Source of the DNA: Rhodothermia bacterium
GTDB taxonomy: Bacteria > Bacteroidota > Rhodothermia > Balneolales > Balneolaceae
Reading direction: 5' to 3'
Length of the DNA: 32,000 nucleotides
Assembly: GCA_030427885.1 (NCBI GenBank)
Contig: JAUICM010000004.1
Span: 519,550-551,549, forward strand
The notes below the pieces were generated by a model. It saw only the letters and a program-made list of their open reading frames with translations. It made no database searches and was not told where the DNA came from. A program made the translations under genes and the position numbers. Shown here piece after piece: positions 17,081 through 24,104 of this stretch. The first letter of the stretch is position 1. Every line of letters starts with the position of its first letter.

Positions 17081-18910
17081 ATGTTACGGTCCCGTATAAA
17101 ATGGCTATTTGCATTATGGTTTTCAATGCAGGGAGTTTGGGTATTCGCACAGACATTACCAGGTCAATCTGTGTCTCCAGACGTGCAGGAAGAAGCCGGA
17201 AAATATGAGCGCTATTATGAAGTAGTGCTCGATAACGCATTATCTGAATATTACAAAAAGGGGACTTTCATTGTTGATGTAAAGGCCTCACTTGACAGAG
17301 TATTGGTAGCTAAGGGATATGAAGTTGTAGAAGCTGAAGAACCAGTTGTTTTAGAAAATCTTCCAGGGCTCCCATATATACCGCCAAATTTAAGAGCATC
17401 TACTCAGCAAGGGCGCGACAGTTTGAAGGCATCAGGATTTGATGCACGCTTTAGATTAACCCAGCTCAATATTAAGGTGTTGGTAGATACATCATACAGT
17501 GATGAAGACCTGGAGTTTGTGGAAGAAGCAGCTACTTTGATTGCAAATGCAGATCGTTTCAGGGGAGACATAGTTAGCGTTGAAAAGAAAGTATTTCCCC
17601 GAAGTGCCCGGGCAATTGAGCAGGATGAACAGGCTAAGAATACAAAGCCGAAGTCTGCAAATCCTCAGGTTGAACGAATCGGCCAGACAAATGACAAGGC
17701 AGCAGCTGAGGAAAATAATTTTCTCGGAGTTGATTGGAATGACCCTCGTCAGTTAACCTATGTGATCGCGATTCTAGGGGTCTTGTTTTTAGTGGCATTG
17801 CTATATGCTCTGCTTAAAAAGCCATCGAAAAAATCAGAAGACCCGCCATATCCATATCCTGTGTTTGAAGGAATGGCCCCACCTGCTAAAGAAGTTGAAA
17901 AGAAAGAGGCTACAGGACCTGATGCCAAAACACTTGCCCAGTTTGAAGAGGATAAGACCTACCTGACGAATACCTGTATCAGTCATCCAAAAATGGTTGC
18001 CAATCTGATCGATCAATGGATCGCCAGTGATGAAGAACAGGGAGTTATTCGTGCGGTAAGGAATTTTGCCAGTGTGGATGAGAAATTGATAAGTGTACTG
18101 GAACCACATATTGGTGTAGAAACGTACGAAACTATCCGCTTTGGGCTGGCCAATACTGAGCCGATTCCTCTTGAGGAAAAGATAGAAGAGGCAAGGGCCT
18201 TCAGAAGAAGTATCCAGCAAATGAAGACCGCAACAAATACGGCTGATTCAGGATCGAATCTGTTTGATTTTGTATATCAGCTTACCGACCAGCAGCTGCA
18301 ACATTTGATGAAAGAGGAATCAGATGAGATGGTTGCGATATTATTAGCTCAGATTGCCGGTGAAAGAGCTGGAGGAATTCTTCAGAAGATGGACGACGAG
18401 AAAAGGATATCGATCCTGCTGAAAATGGGTAAGATCAATAACATTCCGATCTCAGTATATAAAAAGGTAGCTGCTCATTTCTCTAATAAAGCACTGTCTG
18501 TGTCTGATATGAAATATGTTGCGGCAGATGGAATCGATTCAATTCTAACCACTATTGAAACACTGCCTCTTGCCGAGCAGGATACGTACGTCCGTTCAAT
18601 TGCCGAGCAGGATCTGGAGCTGGCCAAAAAGATCAGGAAATTCTTTATTGGCTTTGATGATCTTCCTAAAGTTAAGGATGAGTTTGTACAAAGCGCACTC
18701 GAGGAGGTACAGACAGAGACGATCATTCTTGCATTGAGAACAGCACCTGCTGCAGTTCGAGAAAAAATTCTGAGGGTTCGCCCAAAAAGGGAGCAACAGT
18801 TAATTCTTTCTGAGATCGATAACCCATCTGAGGCCTCAAAAGCTGAAGTTGAAGATGCACAGAAAGTAGTTCTGTATGCGGTTAGAAGGAAAATGAAAAC
18901 AGAGGGCTGA
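17081..18910 (+). CDS. membrane-anchored FliG-like rotor protein with an N-terminal periplasmic FliF/YscJ-like ring motif
   Basis: 609-aa ORF.
- aa 1-24: signal peptide or TM helix.
- Periplasmic part ends in RLTQLNIKVLVDTSYSDEDLEFVEEAATLIANADRFRGDIVSVEKKVF.
- aa 225-245: TM helix.
- aa ~290-609 align along their length with FliG N/M/C domains: ...MVAILLAQIAGERAGGILQKM..., DGIDSIL, ELAKKIRKFFIGFDDLPKVKDEFVQSALEEV, ILALRTAPAAVREKIL, VEDAQKVVLYAVRR. Confidence 0.8.
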   Translation: MLRSRIKWLFALWFSMQGVWVFAQTLPGQSVSPDVQEEAGKYERYYEVVLDNALSEYYKKGTFIVDVKASLDRVLVAKGYEVVEAEEPVVLENLPGLPYIPPNLRASTQQGRDSLKASGFDARFRLTQLNIKVLVDTSYSDEDLEFVEEAATLIANADRFRGDIVSVEKKVFPRSARAIEQDEQAKNTKPKSANPQVERIGQTNDKAAAEENNFLGVDWNDPRQLTYVIAILGVLFLVALLYALLKKPSKKSEDPPYPYPVFEGMAPPAKEVEKKEATGPDAKTLAQFEEDKTYLTNTCISHPKMVANLIDQWIASDEEQGVIRAVRNFASVDEKLISVLEPHIGVETYETIRFGLANTEPIPLEEKIEEARAFRRSIQQMKTATNTADSGSNLFDFVYQLTDQQLQHLMKEESDEMVAILLAQIAGERAGGILQKMDDEKRISILLKMGKINNIPISVYKKVAAHFSNKALSVSDMKYVAADGIDSILTTIETLPLAEQDTYVRSIAEQDLELAKKIRKFFIGFDDLPKVKDEFVQSALEEVQTETIILALRTAPAAVREKILRVRPKREQQLILSEIDNPSEASKAEVEDAQKVVLYAVRRKMKTEG

Positions 18911-18913
18911 TAA

Positions 18914-20017
18914 ATGAGCAGGCTATTTATCCTAATAATCACCCTCCTGTGCATAGAAACACTGGGGAGCTCAGCAGTGATTGCACAAACTCAGCCTCAA
19001 AGGCATGAGAACGGGGTAGCCTATTTGATGGATCAGATCACTGAGAGGATGAGCGAGGAATTTAATGACATTCCCGTGAACGTCCGCCGTAGCGCAGTTT
19101 ATAAGATCAATTACAGTGCGATGCGGTTTAGCCCGGAAGAAGTGGATTATATAAGGGGAGAGGTTGAATACGCTTTAAGGCAGTATGCAGGGCTTACCGT
19201 ACTATCGCCACCAGAATTGGAACCCAATGATAAGATGAAGATCATGGGGAGCGACAGTACACTCCAAATATTGAATGTCCGGGGTCGTTCACTTGCAGAT
19301 GTATCACCAGAGTTCCTGACAACGATAACTGATAAATACGGAGTTCAGGGATTAGTAGAATTAACAGTGCAAAGACGTTTTCCTGAGGGCCTGGTTTTAT
19401 TAATCCGTATGATGAATCCGAATTCCCGTGAGATCGTGTGGACCAAGAGCTTTGTTTCTAATCCAAAAGAACCCAAAGAAATTGTAGATAAAGGCCGGAC
19501 TTCAGTCGTTATTTTGGGTGCCGGAGCGTTAAAGGCAGAAAGCATTACTCAATATGATTCATCAGGAGTTGGGACAGATAGTACAATCAATAAAACGGTA
19601 CTTGATCTGCACTTAAGTTACACGTTCAGACAACCGCTGAACAAGAAGAATAGTGCGTATGTTGGTTTCAGTGCCGGGGCGCATATCCTGAAGAGCAGCG
19701 ATGCTGAAGAATTTTCAATGACTTTGGTGAAGTTTGGGGTAAACTACTACCAGGCAATCACGGCGAAGAATGAGGATATAAATGATTACCGGGTGATGTT
19801 TGTGTTTGGTGGTGAAGTGATGTTCCCACTTGGATCTAAAAGGAAGGGGGAACTATTTGTAGCAACTCCGGAGATCATGTTTAATTTGAGTAACAACCTG
19901 GGGCTTTCATTATATGGGAATGTGATTTTTGCTGGTGAAACCTTGCGACAGAGCAATGGAGATGATCTGACTTTTAACAAAATAGGCTATGGTGTTCGTG
20001 GTGTTATACGATTCTAG
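18914..20017 (+). CDS. secreted protein: periplasmic N-domain + predicted 8-stranded outer-membrane beta-barrel
   Basis: 367-aa ORF with a signal peptide. The C-terminal ~170 aa show eight amphipathic beta-strand segments ending in the OMP-type terminus GVRGVIRF. The N-domain weakly recalls the CsgG/LpoB/FlgO-like pattern. Starts 3 nt after the upstream stop. Confidence 0.65.
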   Translation: MSRLFILIITLLCIETLGSSAVIAQTQPQRHENGVAYLMDQITERMSEEFNDIPVNVRRSAVYKINYSAMRFSPEEVDYIRGEVEYALRQYAGLTVLSPPELEPNDKMKIMGSDSTLQILNVRGRSLADVSPEFLTTITDKYGVQGLVELTVQRRFPEGLVLLIRMMNPNSREIVWTKSFVSNPKEPKEIVDKGRTSVVILGAGALKAESITQYDSSGVGTDSTINKTVLDLHLSYTFRQPLNKKNSAYVGFSAGAHILKSSDAEEFSMTLVKFGVNYYQAITAKNEDINDYRVMFVFGGEVMFPLGSKRKGELFVATPEIMFNLSNNLGLSLYGNVIFAGETLRQSNGDDLTFNKIGYGVRGVIRF

Positions 20018-20624
20018 GAAAATATCGGCTATAGTTTTAGCAGCATTTATGCTGTTTTCAGGATGTAAGTCCGCTGAGCAATTGCAGCAAGAAGCAGAGG
20101 CTGCAAATAGTGCTCCCGAACAGGTTAACACTCAGCAACCGGTGCGCAGTACACAAGTTCAGCAACCAGCACCTTCACAATCTGGGTCAGGCACCGTGAC
20201 TGTTAACTATAAGAATAAAAGTTCAAGCATCAAGATCGACCTTGATCCAAATGAAGATCAGTTTTATCTGGATCTACGGGGACTTGCTCCCGAAGAGAAA
20301 GATTCCGTAGTGGTAGTGGATTCTACCATGCTGAAGAACAGGTCAACGGATATTCAAAAGCTGTTGGCAGGCTACCGAAAAGCACAGGACCTGTTCTACC
20401 TTGGTGAATATCGTCAGGCATTGGCTGAAGTAGATAAAACAATACAAATTCAGGAAACAGCTGACGCATATGCTTTAAAGGGAACAATCTTTTTTATGCT
20501 GGAAAATGTGACTGCTGCAAGAGCCAATTGGACAAAAGCTGTTCAAATGGATCCCAATATGCCGGTGCCAAGTATTCCGGAATTAGAAACTTTAATTGAT
20601 GAGATTCGGGGGGAAGAGAACTAA
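19989..20624 (+). CDS. TPR-repeat lipoprotein with Gln/Pro-rich linker
   Basis: 211-aa ORF. Lipoprotein signal MVFVVLYDSRKISAIVLAAFMLFSGC, a Q/P-rich spacer, and C-terminal TPR-like helices (YLGEYRQALAEVDKTIQI...AYALKGTIFFMLENVTAARANWTKAVQMDP). 29-nt overlap with the upstream ORF. Confidence 0.65.
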   Translation: MVFVVLYDSRKISAIVLAAFMLFSGCKSAEQLQQEAEAANSAPEQVNTQQPVRSTQVQQPAPSQSGSGTVTVNYKNKSSSIKIDLDPNEDQFYLDLRGLAPEEKDSVVVVDSTMLKNRSTDIQKLLAGYRKAQDLFYLGEYRQALAEVDKTIQIQETADAYALKGTIFFMLENVTAARANWTKAVQMDPNMPVPSIPELETLIDEIRGEEN

Positions 20625-21442
20625 TGAGGTTATCGATCACGAATTTATTAGGGGTAATTTTCAGTTTGGGTATGCTGATCTTTGGGGTTACCGAGATTAC
20701 CGGTGCAACTGATGTTTTGAATAATATCCCGGCACTTTCCGATTACCGGTTTTTGAATCTGCCCAGCTTATTTATTGTTCTCGGCGGGGTTCTGAATGCG
20801 GTATTTATTACCTATCAACCCAGATATGTAGGTAAAGCATTTGGAAGTATTTTCTTACTTTTCAGCCAGGCTAAGGCATCACACAAAACACTTTACACTG
20901 ATCTGGAAAATATACTTGAGTGGAGTGATGAGGTAAAAAAAGACCGGGTGAATGCACTCACAAAACTGGAAGATGAGTATGCGGCGGATGTTTCCGGGTA
21001 TCTTTTCTCATTGATGAGTACCAATTATTCTTCAGAAGATATCCAGAGTTTTGGCTCTAATCATATTGAAGAAGATTATTTCAGAAAGATCGTTACGGTA
21101 GATGTGCTCAGGGCGATGGGGGGTGCCGCTCCTTCATTTGGGATGTTCGGTACACTGTTCGGGCTTATAGTGATGCTGGGTGAATTGGAAAATCCATCCG
21201 GAATGGGTCCCGGACTTGCAGCCGCTTTGATCACCACACTGTATGGTATTTCACTGGCCCGCTTCATTTTTTATCCGGTCGCAGAAAAGATCAAGAATGT
21301 AGCTCAGCTTAATAAATTTCGCGAATATTTTATCCTGGAAGGAATATTGATGATCAATGACAAGAAGTCATCATTTTATATTCAGGATAAACTCACTACC
21401 TATCTGCAAAGAGATTTTAAGAAGTCTAAAGACGCAGAATAA
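20624..21442 (+). CDS. motA: MotA/PomA-family stator channel protein
   Basis: 272-aa ORF with 4 TM helices. Large loop between TM2 and TM3. APSFGMFGTLFGLI (TM3 Pro) and LAAALITTLYGISLARFIFYPVAEKI (TM4 Pro) match the MotA_ExbB core. TAATG overlap with the upstream gene. Confidence 0.85.
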   Translation: MRLSITNLLGVIFSLGMLIFGVTEITGATDVLNNIPALSDYRFLNLPSLFIVLGGVLNAVFITYQPRYVGKAFGSIFLLFSQAKASHKTLYTDLENILEWSDEVKKDRVNALTKLEDEYAADVSGYLFSLMSTNYSSEDIQSFGSNHIEEDYFRKIVTVDVLRAMGGAAPSFGMFGTLFGLIVMLGELENPSGMGPGLAAALITTLYGISLARFIFYPVAEKIKNVAQLNKFREYFILEGILMINDKKSSFYIQDKLTTYLQRDFKKSKDAE

Positions 21443-21444
21443 TA

Positions 21445-22137
21445 GTGCTATCAAGAAAAAACATAGGGCATCAGCATGCGGATGAGGAGCATGAAGAAGA
21501 CCAGGAATGGCTCCTGACCTATAGTGATATGATTACCTTGCTACTGGCTTTCTTTGCGATGCTGATCGCTGTCTCTTATGTGGATCTGAATCTTTGGGAG
21601 CAGATGAAACAAGGTCTTAGATCTGATATCAGTAAAGAGGAAAATGTAAAGACCCCGCTGGCTGAGGTTAAACAGGATCTGGATTCCTTATTGGTAGTTG
21701 AGAAAGAACAGGGACTGGTAAATATTCTTCTGGATAAAGACGGGATCAAGCTCTACTTCAACAGTAGTTATTTTTTCGATTCAGGGGAGGCCAGGCTCCT
21801 GCCAACGGGAGAAAGAATCATAGATAAGGTAACACAGGCAATGAATGCCCTGGACTTCTATAAGTTCAATGTGGATGTGGAGGGACATACTGATAATGTT
21901 CCAATAAATACACCCATTTTCCCTTCAAATTGGGAGTTATCGGTGGCAAGAGCTTCGGGAGTGGTGAAATATTTTATACAGGAAGGAATAGAAGGAGAGA
22001 GATTAAAGGCCTCAGGCTATGCCGATACAAAACCCATCGTTCCGCATCAGGATGAGCAGGGGAGAGATATTATTGAGAACAGAGCCCTTAACAGGCGTAT
22101 TGTGATCAGAATCTACTACCAGCTCGGACAGATATAA
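21445..22137 (+). CDS. motB: MotB-family stator protein (TM Asp + OmpA-like peptidoglycan-binding domain)
   Basis: 230-aa ORF with a GTG start. WLLTYSDMITLLLAFFAML carries the conserved channel Asp. C-terminal OmpA-like domain: VEGHTDNVPI...SNWELSVARASGVVKYF...GYADTKPI...NRALNRRIVIRI. Confidence 0.85.
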   Translation: MLSRKNIGHQHADEEHEEDQEWLLTYSDMITLLLAFFAMLIAVSYVDLNLWEQMKQGLRSDISKEENVKTPLAEVKQDLDSLLVVEKEQGLVNILLDKDGIKLYFNSSYFFDSGEARLLPTGERIIDKVTQAMNALDFYKFNVDVEGHTDNVPINTPIFPSNWELSVARASGVVKYFIQEGIEGERLKASGYADTKPIVPHQDEQGRDIIENRALNRRIVIRIYYQLGQI

Positions 22138-22208
22138 GCTGTTCCCGGATACAAAACTTAACAAATCCATGTACGGATATTAGTTAACCTCTTTCACAAT
22201 CATCGGGG

Positions 22209-22216
22209 TAAGTTTG
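22209..22216 (+). promoter_or_regulatory. candidate -7 promoter box TAAGTTTG (TAnnTTTG)
   Basis: Exact motif 24 bp upstream of ATG 22240. Confidence 0.35.
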
Positions 22217-22239
22217 GTCATAAATAAAATACCAGAACT

Positions 22240-23427
22240 ATGAAAATTATAGGATTTATACTGGCAATCAGTCTGTTGAGCAGTCCGGTTGCAGATCAAC
22301 AAAAACCAGCACCAAACGACCTTAAAAAGGATATCCAGCAGGAGCTGGACAAGATCCTTAAAGAGAATAATATTCCGGGGATTACATTCGCGGTAGCTTT
22401 TGCAGATGGTGAAACCTGGGAGTTTGTTTCCGGATTGTCTGATCTGGAAGATGAAACACCTATGAAGGTCGGTGACAGGATGTTTTCGGGAAGTGTGGGT
22501 AAGATGTATGTTGCTCCGATCATAATGATGTACGCCGAAGAAGGAAAACTTGATCTTAGTGACCCCATATCGAAATACCTGGGAGACCGGAGCTGGTTTG
22601 ATGACCTGCAGTATGCAGAAGATATCACCATCCATCATTTGTTGAATCACACTAGCGGGATTGCAGAATATGTGTATTCTGAAACGCTTTGGAAAACACT
22701 CATGGGCGAGGATGATCCTGATAAAAAGTGGACCGGAGATGATCGTATGGAACTCCTTAAGGGTATGGAATCACATTTTCCCCCCGGGAATGGCTGGAGT
22801 TACGCTGATACCAATTATATCGTTCTGGGTATGATCATTGAGAAGATATCAGGACGAACCTATTACGAGGAACTTCAGACTCATATTCTGGACCCTTTTG
22901 ATCTTAGGAATACAACTCCTACAGTAACCGCGAAACTTAGAGCTTTGGTAAGCGGTTATACAGGACCATTTCCTTTGTTTCAGGGTTTGCCCGATAAAGT
23001 AGCCGATAATGAAGAGTATGCAGTGAGTCCACAGTTCGAATGGACGGGAGGAGGACTGGTAAATACGGCCGAAGACCTGGCCATCTGGGGATCAATTCTT
23101 TATAACCCGGAAAGATCACCTCTCAGTGAGGAATCCATTTCTCAAATGCTGAATGCAGTAGACCGTACCAGTGGAGAACCATCCAAAACAGGATATGGAT
23201 TTGGTACCGAGATATGGGGTAATCAGGATGGAGAAATATGGTATGGTCATTCTGGTTTTATGCCGGGATATATGACCGTAGTACAATATCTACCTGAGAT
23301 AAAAGCAGCAATTGCAATGCAGGTGAATGCAGATCCATTCAGCCGTAAACTACCCAGAACCGCCAGGATTGAGAACCTGACCATCCCATTGAGATCACTT
23401 CTTTTGGATTCAGAGGAACTACACTGA
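22240..23427 (+). CDS. serine hydrolase, class-C beta-lactamase / DD-peptidase (AmpH-like) family
   Basis: 395-aa ORF with a signal peptide. SxxK motif in FSGSVGKMY, a YxN-like motif WSYADTNYIVLG, and HSGFMPGY near the C-terminus. Confidence 0.85.
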   Translation: MKIIGFILAISLLSSPVADQQKPAPNDLKKDIQQELDKILKENNIPGITFAVAFADGETWEFVSGLSDLEDETPMKVGDRMFSGSVGKMYVAPIIMMYAEEGKLDLSDPISKYLGDRSWFDDLQYAEDITIHHLLNHTSGIAEYVYSETLWKTLMGEDDPDKKWTGDDRMELLKGMESHFPPGNGWSYADTNYIVLGMIIEKISGRTYYEELQTHILDPFDLRNTTPTVTAKLRALVSGYTGPFPLFQGLPDKVADNEEYAVSPQFEWTGGGLVNTAEDLAIWGSILYNPERSPLSEESISQMLNAVDRTSGEPSKTGYGFGTEIWGNQDGEIWYGHSGFMPGYMTVVQYLPEIKAAIAMQVNADPFSRKLPRTARIENLTIPLRSLLLDSEELH

Positions 23428-23478
23428 CATAGTTTTTAGTTTTTTTATAGGTATCCTGACCTTCAAGCCCCCTCTCAG

Positions 23479-23504
23479 TCTCTCCCTTGTGATCAGGGGA
23501 GAGA
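23479..23504. repeat. GC-rich hairpin repeat, copy B1
   Basis: TCTCTCCC-TTGTGATCAG-GGGAGAGA, with perfect 8-bp arms. Same CCCT..ATCAGGG core as B2. Confidence 0.6.
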
Positions 23505-23529
23505 ACTCTTAAAATACTTCTCATTCCAA

Positions 23530-23651
23530 GTCATCCTGATCCGCCAACTGGCGGAGAAGGACCTAATCGGATAAATGGCTTGAGCTGAGTTTCCTTCAAT
23601 AACCCCAAACCAACGCCGTCATCCCGTACCCTGATCCGGGATCTTAAGAAT
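23530..23651. repeat. intergenic repeat, copy A1 (GTCATCCTGA...GAAGGACCTAATCGG...CCCGTACCCTGATCCGGGATCTTAAGAAT)
   Basis: Shares its ends and several internal blocks with 23881-23974. Contains internal hairpins CCGCC-AACT-GGCGG and ATCCCG...CGGGAT. Confidence 0.6.
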
Positions 23652-23687
23652 CCAGCTAAAAGCACTAATGAAAAGACCCTCCCTTGT

Positions 23688-23711
23688 TCCCTCCCTGCAA
23701 TCAGGGAGGGA
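23688..23711. repeat. GC-rich hairpin repeat, copy B2
   Basis: TCCCTCCCT-GCAATC-AGGGAGGGA, with perfect 9-bp arms. Confidence 0.6.
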
Positions 23712-23748
23712 GACGTTTTCAAAAGTTTTGGAGCTTAGTATCAAAGTC

Positions 23749-23783
23749 CCCTCCCCTAAACTTAGGGGAGGGATAGGGAGGGG
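23749..23783. repeat. GC-rich hairpin repeat, copy B3, with an extra half-arm
   Basis: CCCTCCCCT-AAACTT-AGGGGAGGG followed by ATAGGGAGGGG, a third arm that allows alternative pairing. Confidence 0.55.
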
Positions 23784-23880
23784 TCTTTTAAAGGCTGAGG
23801 GATTTAATCAATTTACCAGCCCTTAATTTTCCTCCCGATGATCCGACATCGCTTTTCACCCGTCAGTCGGTATAACAATA

Positions 23881-23974
23881 GTCATCCTGAGTGAAAGCGA
23901 AGGACCTTATCGGCGCAATACCACAAAACCCAAACACCGTCCTAATCCCGTACCCGATCCGGGATCTTATGAAT
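23881..23974. repeat. intergenic repeat, copy A2 (GTCATCCTGAGTGAAAGCGAAGGACCTTATCGG...CCCGTACCCGATCCGGGATCTTATGAAT)
   Basis: Divergent, shorter copy of 23530-23651 in the same orientation. Confidence 0.6.
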
Positions 23975-24020
23975 TAAGCTCCTGCCGAATAGATCTGAGG
24001 GAAATAAAGAAAGACGCAGT

Positions 24021-24028
24021 TAAATTTG
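24021..24028 (+). promoter_or_regulatory. candidate -7 promoter box TAAATTTG (TAnnTTTG)
   Basis: Exact motif 77 bp upstream of ATG 24105, downstream of the repeat cluster. Confidence 0.3.
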
Positions 24029-24104
24029 CCTTGGGAGAACTTTTTTAAGAAAATGAGGTTAGGAATTTTAAGACCATTGAATTCCAATCCTTAACAATAG
24101 CTCC

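Noticed and set aside
20624-22137. MotA/MotB pair as a Zorya (ZorAB) anti-phage system or as TolQR/ExbBD
   Set aside because: ZorA carries a very long C-terminal tail and comes with ZorC/D or ZorE; here MotA is 272 aa and no such partners exist. ExbD/TolR lack the OmpA-like domain present here, and no TonB/TolA/TolB/Pal genes are adjacent.
23339-23722. Two minus-strand ORFs (61 and 63 aa) in the repeat-rich spacer
   Set aside because: They run straight through the hairpin repeats, have odd Gly/Arg/Leu-rich composition, and show no start context. They are most likely artefacts of stop-poor repeat sequence.
23466-23800. Possible CRISPR array, suggested by several short palindromic GC-rich repeats
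   Set aside because: The hairpins differ in sequence and are irregularly spaced. They are not identical direct repeats separated by unique spacers of constant length. No cas genes are nearby.
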